DNA of 64,000 bases from Eledone cirrhosa (lineage: Eukaryota): assembly GCA_964016885.1 (NCBI GenBank), contig OZ024742.1, positions 169,074,001 through 169,138,000 on the forward strand, written 5' to 3'. The notes under the pieces were generated by a model. It searched no databases. It saw only the letters and a list, made by a program, of their open reading frames with translations, and was not told where the DNA came from. Numbering within the stretch: position 1 is the first letter of the stretch; each line of letters starts with the position of its first letter. This document shows positions 30,001-43,338 of this stretch, one piece after another. The position numbers were made by a program, and so were the translations under genes.

Positions 30001-30732
30001 ACGGCTGGAAATTATCTCCCCTTGGAAGGATGGAAATTATCTCCCCTTGGACGGCTGGAAATTATCTGCCCTTGATTTTGTTTTTACAAATTATCTCCCC
30101 CTGATTTTTTTTACAAATTATCTCCCCTTGGACGGCTGGAAATTATCTTCCCTTGGCTGGAAATTATCTCCCCTTGGACGGCTAGAAATTATCTCTCTTT
30201 GGACGGCTGGAAATTATCTCCCCTTGATTTTTTTTACAAATTATCTCCCCCTGATTTTTTTACAAATCTCCCCCTGATTTTTTTTACAAATTATCTCCCC
30301 CTGATTTTTTTAAAAAAAATTATCTCCCCTTCGCTGGCTGGAAATTATCTCCCCTTGGACGCTGGAAATTATAGCCCCTTGGAGGGCTGGAAATTATCTT
30401 CCCTTGGACGGCTGGAAATTATCTCCCCTTGATTTTTTTTACAAATTATCTCCCCCTGATTTTTTTTTACAAATTATCTCCCCCTGATTTATTTTACAAA
30501 TTATCTCCGCCTGATTTTTTTTTAAAATTATCTCTCCTTGGACGGCTGGAAATTATCTCCCTTTGGACGGCTTGAAATTATCTCCCCTTGGACGGCTAGA
30601 AATTACCTCTCCTTGGACGGCTGAAAATTATCTCCCTTTGGACGGCTGGAAATTATCTCCCCCTGATTTTTCTACAAATTATCTCCGCCTGATTTTTTAA
30701 AAAATTATCTCCACCTGATATTTAAAAAAATT
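1..30732. repeat. Two-monomer satellite array (25-bp type A and 27-29-bp type B sharing core AAATTATCTCCCC); runs off the left edge of the window
   Basis: Continuous head-to-tail TTGGACGGCTGGAAATTATCTCCCC and CTGATTTTTTTT(T)ACAAATTATCTCCCC units in alternating runs; no inversion or TE insertion seen; ends abruptly at (TA)n near 30733. Confidence 0.98.
6178..21472. repeat. 7,633-bp higher-order tandem duplication inside the satellite (6178-13810 and 13811-21443, identity running to about 21472)
   Basis: ORF-track pairs offset by exactly 7633 (6453/14086, 8035/15668, 10942/18575, 13551/21184); rare variants such as AATTAACTCTC recur at this offset. Confidence 0.95.
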
Positions 30733-31949
<1,217 letters not shown>

Positions 31950-32557
31950 GGTGGCTGCCAACTCGTTTTCGAGTACGGCTACTACTTTATATCCATGTAG
32001 GAGGACCCCTACCGATGCGCTGAACGAGTGTGACTTTTCAGTCCGGCCAGCAACTTGAAAACCCCGGTACAAACACTACACATGTGACAATTATTGACAC
32101 ATAGTGCTGGGCCCATGGTACCATGTGACGACAAGTGCAGAGAGATCTCCAGATATAAAGCAATGCCTGTGCCGTGAAGTTTTTATAGTGAGCAAAGGCA
32201 CTGCACAAAGCCAGTCCCACTCTCTTAACCAAGATGATATTTACCAAAAAGAAGAACAAGTCAACATCATTGGATATCATCAGGGTTGCAGGTGTGATAT
32301 CAGAGTTTTCCTTCTCCTAGAATTCTGCCTTGACAAAGGCTAAGAGGTCATCTCTCCCGGTGATTTTGGATGGCCATTGACTCTTAAGAGCTCCTTTGCC
32401 CTTTGACAGGTTTTGTTTTTAGTCCTGCAGGATGTCCAAAGTCACCCTCCTCACCAAGAAACCTTGGTGGGGTTGCCAGTTTAGTCGCCAACGACCCGAC
32501 CATGGGACAGGTTGTACTGGGATACATGTTACCAGTAGCACCAACTGGTGACCTGAC
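31950..32557 (-). mobile_element. Dispersed non-coding repeat resembling an RTE-clade LINE 5' UTR, or a non-autonomous derivative (copy 1)
   Basis: 32117-32497 is closely similar to 33821-34198. The minus strand carries GGCAGAATTCTAGGAGAAGGAAAACTCTGA (32300-32329), a motif I associate with RTE 5' UTRs; a related motif precedes the RTE ORF at 47966. Confidence 0.55.
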
Positions 32558-32929
32558 ATAAATATATATATAAACACATATATATATACATATATATATA
32601 CACATATATATATACACATATATATATACACATATATATATACACATATATATATACACATATATATATACACATATATATATACACATATATATATACA
32701 CATATATATATATATATACACATATATATATACACATATATATATACACATATATATACACATACACATATATATATACACATATATATATACATACATA
32801 TATATATACACATATATATATACACATATATATTTTTTAAGGAACGATCGACTTTCGTCAAATCGGACCGAGGGAACAATGTTTCCGTTGGTCTTTCCAA
32901 TTGCTAATACTATCTATCGGTCGCAACTC

Positions 32930-33058
32930 CAGGTAGAAGAAGCAACGTGAAATAAAGTGTCTTGCTCAAGGACATAACGCATCACCTGGTCCAGGAATCG
33001 AACTCACAACCTTACGATTGCGAATCCAATTCCCTAACCACACAGCCACACGCCTTCA
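32930..33058 (-). mobile_element. tRNA-derived SINE fragment
   Basis: Minus strand: A-box-like TGGCTGTGTGGTTAG, B-box GTTCGATTCC, then TGTCCTTGAGCAAGACACTT, a common SINE body motif; no closing acceptor stem. Confidence 0.75.
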
Positions 33059-33665
33059 CACACATATATATATACACATATATATATACACATATATATA
33101 TATGTGTATATATATATGTGTATATATATATGTATATATATATATGTGTATATATATATGTGTATATATATGTGTATATATATGTGTATATATGTGTATA
33201 TATATATGTATATATATATATGTATATATATATGTGTATATATATATGTGTATACACATATATATATACACATATATATATACACATATATATATACACA
33301 TATATATATATACATATATATATATACATATATATATACACATATATACACATATATATACACATATATATACACATATATATATACACATATATATATA
33401 CATATATATATACACATATATATATACACATATATATATACACATATATATATACACATATATATATACACATATATATATATACACATATATATATACA
33501 CATATATATATATATACACATATATATATACACATATATATATACACATATATATATACACATATATATACACATACACATATATATATACACATATATA
33601 TATACATACATATATATATACACATATATATATAAATATATATATACATACATATATATATACAT
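33059..33665. repeat. (TA)n/(TACA)n microsatellite
   Basis: Direct inspection. Confidence 0.95.
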
Positions 33666-33820
33666 AAAACATTTAAATAAAAATTAATATATATGATGAA
33701 ACACAAATACCAACATATCTGTATTTATATTGTAAAAGAAAATTAAGTGAGCAGGACATGATATCATTACACTTTTTTATCTCGAAACATATTTGGATTT
33801 TAAAGTTTAAACTAATCTAT

Positions 33821-34197
33821 GGTACCATGTGAGGACAAGTGCAGAGAGATCTCCAGATATAAAGCAATGCCTATGCCGTGAAGCTTTTATAGTGAGCAAA
33901 GGCACTGCACAAAGCCAGTCCCACTCTCTTAACCAAGATGATATTTGCCCAAAAGAAAATCAAGTCAACATCATTGGATACCATCAGGGTTGCAGGTGTT
34001 ATATCAAAGTTTTCCTTCTCCTAGAATTCTGCCTTGACAAAAGCTAAGGGGTCATCTCTCCCGGTGATTTTGGATGGCCATTGACTCTTAAGAGCTCCTT
34101 TGCCCTTTGACAGGTTTTGTTTTTAGTCCTGCAGGATGTCCACAGTCACCCTCCTCACCAAGAAACCTTGGTGGGGTTGCCAGTTTAGTCGCCAACG

Positions 34198-34198
<1 letters not shown>
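33821..34198 (-). mobile_element. Second, shorter copy of the 31950-32557 repeat
   Basis: Aligns by eye to 32117-32497 with scattered substitutions. Confidence 0.85.
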
Positions 34199-34199
<1 letters not shown>

Positions 34200-34266
<67 letters not shown>

Positions 34267-34408
34267 GTGTATCTGGATGTATGTGTATGTATATATATGT
34301 GTGTGTGTGTATATATATATATATGTGTGTGTGTATGTGCATATATGTGTATGTGTTGTGTGTATATATATGTATGTGTGTGTATGTACGTGTGTATATG
34401 TATGGATA

Positions 34409-34447
<39 letters not shown>

Positions 34448-35020
34448 ATATATGTGTATGTATATGTATATGTATGTATGTTTGGATGAAGGTATGTGTG
34501 TATATATAGGTGTAAGTGCACTAAATCCCTTTCTATCAATCTCCCCTCTCCTACCTACCACAGGAAGATATATGTATGTATATTGCTTCCACCCCCTCAC
34601 TGACCAGCAGCTGGCCATCTGGCCATTGCTAAATTTGACCTTTATAAAATAACCCACACCCCCAAATAACTTCTCATTCACTACCAGAAAGGGACCCAGC
34701 AGTCAACGAGCTGCTAAACGAGCTGCTACCAAGATGAAAACTACTGTGAAATCCCACAATGAATTTTATACTTGAATTTTCAAATCTCAAATTTTAACTC
34801 TTATTATTATTAATTTTTCTTAATATTAATCAACATTTGAAAAGATGGCTTTTGCAGACCCATCGAAACCGGTCATTTTTTATACCCTTTATTATTTCCT
34901 TACCTTATAAAATTATATGTTTTTTCACAAAAAAGTATTCTGTCTCTTTCTATTCCATGTGCCATTACCAACCTCAATTTTCTCTATAACCTTCGTTTTG
35001 TGTAGTAAATTACACTTTTC
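34200..35020 (+). mobile_element. Solo, diverged pseudo-LTR (3' end) of the PLE family at 40.7-46.8 kb
   Basis: Aligns to about 46070-46820, including internal microsatellite, hammerhead and the 3' terminus ...AAATTACACTTTTC|ATATAT; has several substitutions and indels. Confidence 0.92.
34832..34879 (+). ncRNA. Minimal type I hammerhead ribozyme, U3-A8 variant
   Basis: aacat UUGAAAA gaugg..ccauc GAAA ccgGUC^auuuu; identical to the motif at 41856. Confidence 0.7.
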
Positions 35021-35051
<31 letters not shown>

Positions 35052-35152
35052 AAGTAATTCCGTCGGAAAAGTCCAGGAAAAAAGAGTGCTCTATGTAGGC
35101 AACAGAGTTTAATTATTATTATTATGTAATAAACAACATAAGGCAATTATTC

Positions 35153-35206
35153 CATTTACCAGTGGTTTCTTAAAAGCAAAAGGTTTTGCTTTCAATCCTC
35201 AGAATG
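35153..35206 (-). ncRNA. Type I hammerhead ribozyme (inverted copy of 36334-36387)
   Basis: Exact reverse complement of the 36334-36387 motif. Confidence 0.82.
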
Positions 35207-35358
35207 AAAAAATCCTGGTTTGTTTATTGAATTTGGATTTTAAAAACAAAAATGCAATCTATATGAAAGTGAGGCTGGAGAAGGAAGAAGGAAAGGAAAA
35301 ATAAAATAAAACTACACATGCAAACACACCACACACACACAAACACAAAAGCATACAT

Positions 35359-35405
<47 letters not shown>

Positions 35406-35485
35406 CATATACACATATATATAAAACATACACTTATATACACTTACACATACATACACATATACACATACAAACATTCATACAT

Positions 35486-35518
<33 letters not shown>

Positions 35519-35954
35519 TATATATATATATATATACACACATACACATACATATACATATGTGTGTACAAGCATACACATATACAAACATAGCCATACA
35601 CACACACATATATACATACATACATTCACACAATCATACATATATACACACGTACATACATACACATACATAAATGCACTCCTCTACATATTCACACACG
35701 CAAATAAATATAAGAAAAAAATATATATATTAAAAATGTTTGACACCGTTACATAAGGCAGCTAACTGGACAGACACGCGTGGTAAGTAATACACACAAA
35801 TGCTCGTATACATACGTACGAAATAGTAAACACATACACACACTCTCACACATAAATATACATATACAAATACATAAACACATACATACACATACATGCA
35901 CAAACACGCACACGTATACAATACATACACACACATATGTATATGTAATTATAT

Positions 35955-36005
<51 letters not shown>

Positions 36006-36124
36006 CATAAATATAAACGCACACACACACACATATATACGTATACATACACACACATACATACATAGCTAAACAATTATACACATACAAATACGTATAT
36101 ATCATAAACACACACAACCAAATA

Positions 36125-36174
<50 letters not shown>

Positions 36175-36199
36175 TATATAAATACACACGCACATACAT

Positions 36200-36250
<51 letters not shown>

Positions 36251-36333
36251 CACATACACATACATACACATGCATACACATACACGCACACATACATGTG
36301 TGTAAAAATTCAATAAACAAACCAGGATTTTTT

Positions 36334-36387
36334 CATTCTGAGGATTGAAAGCAAAACCTTTTGCTTTTAAGAAACCACTGGTAAATG
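36334..36387 (+). ncRNA. Type I hammerhead ribozyme
   Basis: Stem I cauu/aaug; core CUGAGGA; 11-bp stem II uugaaagcaaa/uuugcuuuuaa; GAAA; stem III acc/ggu; GUA cleavage triplet after 36383. Confidence 0.85.
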
Positions 36388-36425
36388 TAATAATTGCCTT
36401 ATGTTGTTTATTACATAATAATAAT

Positions 36426-36445
36426 ATATATATATATACATATAC

Positions 36446-36513
<68 letters not shown>

Positions 36514-36515
36514 AC

Positions 36516-36606
<91 letters not shown>

Positions 36607-36677
36607 CATATATATACATATATATATATACACATATATATATACATATATATATATATACATACATATATATATAC

Positions 36678-36756
<79 letters not shown>

Positions 36757-36865
36757 CATATATATATATACATATATATATACATATATACATATATACA
36801 TATATATATACATATATATATACATATATACATATATATATATACACATATATATACATATATAC

Positions 36866-36912
<47 letters not shown>

Positions 36913-36945
36913 CATATATATATACATATATACATATATATATAC

Positions 36946-36978
<33 letters not shown>

Positions 36979-37001
36979 CATATATACATATATATATATA
37001 C

Positions 37002-37032
<31 letters not shown>

Positions 37033-37243
37033 CATATATATAAATATATATATACATATATATATACATATATACATATATTTATACATATATATATACA
37101 TATATATATACATATATACATATATATATACATCTATATATACATTATATACATATATATATACATATATATAAATATATATATACATATATACATACAT
37201 ATATATAAATATATATATACATATATACATCCATATATATATA
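36426..37243. repeat. (TA)n/(TACA)n microsatellite
   Basis: Direct inspection. Confidence 0.95.
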
Positions 37244-37244
37244 C

Positions 37245-38453
37245 AGGGACAACCAGAACGGCTTCAGAGAGGGTAGATCAACCACCAGTCACATCCTGAT
37301 GCTGAGGAGGATATTAGAGGGAGCTAGAGCAAAGTGCCTTCCTGCGGTCATGGTTTTCATTGACTTTAGGAATGCCTTTGATTCCGTGGACCGTTACTGC
37401 CTGATGAAGATCTTACAGGCTTATGGAATCCCTAAGAAGATAGTGGACCTGATATCACTGCTCTACACCAACACCAAAGCCCAAGTCATTACACCTGATG
37501 GGATGACAGAGTTCTTTGAGATACTGGCTGGAGTGCTCCAGGGAGATACATTGGCTCCCTACCTTTTTATCATCGTAGTGGACTATTGTATGCGCCTTGC
37601 ACTGGAGAAACACCAGGACTCTGGCTTTACTATAGCACCGGCTCAGAGCAGGAGAGTTAGGGCGAAAAAGGTATCGGATGCTGAGTTTGCTGACGACATA
37701 GTTTTTGTGACAAATACAGTGAAGGGGGCAGAGGATTTGATGCGAGAGGTTGAGACTGTGTCGATGAGTGTGGGGCTGAGAATGAATGAGACCAAAACAC
37801 AATATCTGGTAGAGAATGTTGAGAAGCCAGAGGAGATCACTAATGTAGGGGGGAAGCCGCTAGAATTGGTTGAGGGCTTCCTGTATTTGGGAGCAAAGAT
37901 TGGGAATACGGAAGATGATGTGGTTGAGAGGAAGAGCAAAGCCTGGGCGGCGTGCCACAGCTTGAGATCGGTGTGGAAGTCGGACCTTCGTAGAGACCTG
38001 AAAATCTGCCTCTTCATTGCTGTAGTGGAGTCTGTGCTGCTGTATGGGTCTGAGACTTGGACACTGACCAAGAAACTCACTCAGATGGTGGATGGGTGCT
38101 ACACGAGAATGCTGAGGATGGCTCTGAACATTAATCAGTATACACTGAGGATGAAAAACTCAGAGCTGTATGGGAGCATCCCAAAAGTCAGCTCAAAAGT
38201 GACACAGAGGAGACTGAGGTTAGCTGGACATGCTCACCGACATCCAGAGTTTACATTGCACTCAGTACTCCTTTGGGAGCCCCTACATGGACACACTAGA
38301 AGAGGAAGACCAAGGTTAACGTATGTTGATGCCCTAAGGACAGACACTGGTCTGTTGGAGATGCAGGACATGGCAGCGATAATGAAGGACAGAGACCGCT
38401 GGAGAGAACTCGTCCATGGATCTCGGGAATTTTACCCGCCTTAGATGGATAGA
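37245..38453 (+). mobile_element. 5'-truncated RTE-clade LINE (RT C-terminal part; open 381-aa frame 37299-38444)
   Basis: FIDFRNAFDSV, GVLQGDTLAPYLF, EFADD, FLYLG, SVLLYGSETW, RRLRLAGH and GRPR motifs; same family as 51979-54212. Confidence 0.93.
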
Positions 38454-40695
<2,242 letters not shown>

Positions 40696-40714
40696 TATAT
40701 ATATATATATAGAG

Positions 40715-41322
40715 AGAGAAAATTGAGGTTGGTAATGGCACATGGAATATATAAGAGACAGAATACTTTTTTGTGAAAAAACATAATTTTATAAGGTAAG
40801 GAAATAATAAAGGGTATAAAAAATGACCGGTTTCGATGGGTCTGCAAAAGCCATCTTTTCAAATGTTGATTAATATTAAGAAAAATTAATAATACGAAGA
40901 GTTAAAATTTGAGACTTGAAAATTCAAGTATAAAATTCATTGTGGGATTTCATAGCAGTTTTCATCTAGGTAGCAACAACAAGTTGACTGCTGTGTCCCT
41001 TTCTGGTAGTGAATGAGAAGTTATTTGGGGTGTGGGTTATTTTATAAAGGTCAGATTTAGCAATAGCCAGCTGCTGGTCAGTGAGGGGGTGGAAGCAATA
41101 TACACACACATATATCTTCCTATGATGGGTAGGAGAGTGGAGCGTGATAGAAAAGGATTTAGTGCACTTACACCTATATATACACACATACCTTCATCCA
41201 CACATACATACATATACATATACATATATATATATATATATACATATACACACATACATACACACACACATACATATACATACACACATACACACACACA
41301 CATACATATACACATACACACA
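40715..41322 (-). repeat. Inverted pseudo-LTR arm (pairs with about 41393-42008)
   Basis: Identical ORFs 40966..41187(-) and 41536..41757(+); coordinate sum 82723. Confidence 0.95.
40820..40867 (-). ncRNA. Hammerhead ribozyme, U3-A8 variant (inverted pLTR copy)
   Basis: Reverse complement of 41856-41903. Confidence 0.7.
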
Positions 41323-41346
41323 TGGATGTATGTGTATGTATATATA

Positions 41347-41399
<53 letters not shown>

Positions 41400-41468
41400 A
41401 TGTGTATATGTATGTGTGTGTGTGTGTATGTGTGTATGTATATGTATGTGTGTGTGTATGTATGTGTG

Positions 41469-41505
<37 letters not shown>

Positions 41506-42050
41506 GTATATGTATGTATGTGTGGATGAAGGTATGTGTGTATATATAGGTGTAAGTGCACTAAATCCTTTTCTATCACGCTCCACTCTCCTACCCATCA
41601 TAGGAAGATATATGTGTGTGTATATTGCTTCCACCCCCTCACTGACCAGCAGCTGGCTATTGCTAAATCTGACCTTTATAAAATAACCCACACCCCAAAT
41701 AACTTCTCATTCACTACCAGAAAGGGACACAGCAGTCAACTTGTTGTTGCTACCTAGATGAAAACTGCTATGAAATCCCACAATGAATTTTATACTTGAA
41801 TTTTCAAGTCTCAAATTTTAACTCTTCGTATTATTAATTTTTCTTAATATTAATCAACATTTGAAAAGATGGCTTTTGCAGACCCATCGAAACCGGTCAT
41901 TTTTTATACCCTTTATTATTTCCTTACCTTATAAAATTATGTTTTTTCACAAAAAAGTATTCTGTCTCTTATATATTCCATGTGCCATTACCAACCTCAA
42001 TTTTCTCTATAACCTTCGTTTTGTGTAGAAAATTACACTTTTCATATATA
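41323..42050 (+). repeat. 5' direct pseudo-LTR (5'-truncated tandem copy)
   Basis: Essentially identical to 46098-46827 apart from microsatellite length. Confidence 0.95.
41856..41903 (+). ncRNA. Minimal type I hammerhead ribozyme, U3-A8 variant
   Basis: UUGAAAA (41861-41867), stem II GAUGG/CCAUC, GAAA, palindromic ACCGGU stem III, GUC cleavage triplet after 41898; weak stem I aacau/auuuu. Confidence 0.72.
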
Positions 42051-42072
42051 CTAACCTACGCAAATCCGGAAA

Positions 42073-43338
42073 ATGGCACTGGAACAAGACAACACCACTT
42101 CAAACTCCAATATCAATGAGGAAATCCTGAAAATCCTAAAAGAGATAAATGGAAAACTCACCATTCTGACAAAAAAACAGGATATACCCCAAACCACCAC
42201 ACCGACTGACAACCAAATTTATTTAAACGTTCAAAACGTATGCAACTCCATCGAAAAACTTATGAATACCAACACAGAACAAACGACATTGCTCCATATC
42301 AAAAACCAAATGGGACACCTCTGGAAAAAACATCTAAAAACCAGAAAATTCACTTTCTGGAATATGATAAAAAACCTCAACAAAGCTGGAATTTACCAAA
42401 AATGGATTAACTCAACACCGATAGTTTTACCACGTAAATTCCAAATAAAGCATATTACAAACGAACCTGAACCAGAAAGAAAACTCCGTGAACAAATGTC
42501 ACTCAACAGGATAAACATGGAAATAGAACTCCTAAAATTAAGGGCCACCTCAAACGAGCAAGAGTATAAGGATACTGATAAAAATATGGAGGAAGAATGC
42601 ACTAAAAAGGCCGAGGGAACAACCCTACAAAATTTAATCAAATCGTGGAAACAGGACTGCGAGAATGCAGAAACTATTTCCCTTAAACGGTGGGAAAAAT
42701 CCGAAAACTGGTTCCTCAAATATGAAGAAGACTTTAAAAGGACGCACCAAACAGGTAACCCCTTTATAAAGCATTTGAACATAACAAGAACTACAACAGA
42801 CACATTTACACCACCAAACCCAACACACACTAACCACAGGCACATCCCCCACCAACACAAACCAAATACGGCCAACTACACCAAAAGAAACACACCCAAC
42901 CACCACAACACAGGTTTCCGTAGAAATGCCCCCTACATAAACCAACGACGAAATAACATAGATCCAACTCACAACACACACACCACATTCCTCAGAAGAA
43001 ATCCACCCAGGCCACTTGAAATCACAACAGAACTTACCCACAACCACACCAGACATCACCCTCAATCCAACAAAAGACAACCCCCCAGCCTCAACACTCT
43101 GTACCACAGAAATAACGCACCCAGACCACATGAACCAACAACAGAACCCTTGCTCATCAACAACCACAACACATACCACCCCCACCATCACATTCACCCT
43201 CATGAAACAACAAGCTACAGACCCACACGCAACAGACCAACAAAATATAATCACACACAAAACTACATTCCTTTTTTAGGGAAAAGCCTGAAATACCAGG
43301 ATACTCGATGGCCCCCCCTCAGGAGAAACCAAAAATAA
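42073..43338 (+). CDS. PLE ORF1, 421 aa: helical/coiled-coil-like N-terminal part and basic His/Thr/Asn/Pro/Arg-rich tail
   Basis: Long intact ATG-initiated ORF directly after the 5' pLTR; heptad-like segments (EILKILKEINGKLTIL, INMEIELLKLRA); overlaps ORF2 in the -1 frame. Confidence 0.85.
   Translation: MALEQDNTTSNSNINEEILKILKEINGKLTILTKKQDIPQTTTPTDNQIYLNVQNVCNSIEKLMNTNTEQTTLLHIKNQMGHLWKKHLKTRKFTFWNMIKNLNKAGIYQKWINSTPIVLPRKFQIKHITNEPEPERKLREQMSLNRINMEIELLKLRATSNEQEYKDTDKNMEEECTKKAEGTTLQNLIKSWKQDCENAETISLKRWEKSENWFLKYEEDFKRTHQTGNPFIKHLNITRTTTDTFTPPNPTHTNHRHIPHQHKPNTANYTKRNTPNHHNTGFRRNAPYINQRRNNIDPTHNTHTTFLRRNPPRPLEITTELTHNHTRHHPQSNKRQPPSLNTLYHRNNAPRPHEPTTEPLLINNHNTYHPHHHIHPHETTSYRPTRNRPTKYNHTQNYIPFLGKSLKYQDTRWPPLRRNQK
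43272..43300 (+). promoter_or_regulatory. Putative -1 programmed ribosomal frameshift signal (T TTT TTA + 8-nt spacer + CCTG/CAGG stem)
   Basis: ORF1 codons cct ttt tta ggg aaa give X XXY YYZ in the correct phase; the -1 frame is open from 43251 (after TAA at 43248) and continuous with ORF2. Confidence 0.75.

Larger units (their letters stand above)
35051..36425 (-). mobile_element. Non-coding PLE-type insertion with about 120-bp inverted arms (35115-35234 / 36306-36425), each containing a hammerhead
   Basis: Arms are near-perfect reverse complements (coordinate sum 71540); the interior is microsatellite-rich; flanked by (TA)n. Confidence 0.75.

Noticed and set aside
8-30432. Many plus-strand ORFs (LDGWKLSPLGRLEIISPWTAGNYLP repeats)
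   Set aside because: The 25-bp monomer has no stop in any plus frame, so ORFs arise automatically; T-tract indels do not preserve frame.
1-30732. CRISPR-like repeat-spacer appearance
   Set aside because: The spacers are just two recurring linker types rather than unique sequences, the core is only 13 bp, there are no cas genes, and the context is eukaryotic.
1-30732. G-quadruplex or telomere-like role for the G-rich strand
   Set aside because: G4 runs are separated by 21-24-nt loops, and no TTAGGG-type repeat is present.
32255-32300. CUGAUGA on the minus strand as a hammerhead core
   Set aside because: No stem II followed by GAAA and NUH could be built downstream.
32990-33058. tRNA gene
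   Set aside because: A/B boxes are present but there is no closed cloverleaf and the sequence continues into a SINE body; the same applies to the 59.2-60.2 kb copies.
42393-43260. Antisense ORFs (160 and 208 aa) opposite PLE ORF1, and similar shadows opposite the RTE ORFs
   Set aside because: Compositional shadows of A/C-rich coding strands with no motifs.
43308-43310. ATG as an independent start of RT-EN
   Set aside because: Not excluded, but it lies inside ORF1 only about 9 codons before the conserved IINLS region, and an in-phase slippery site upstream offers a simpler route.
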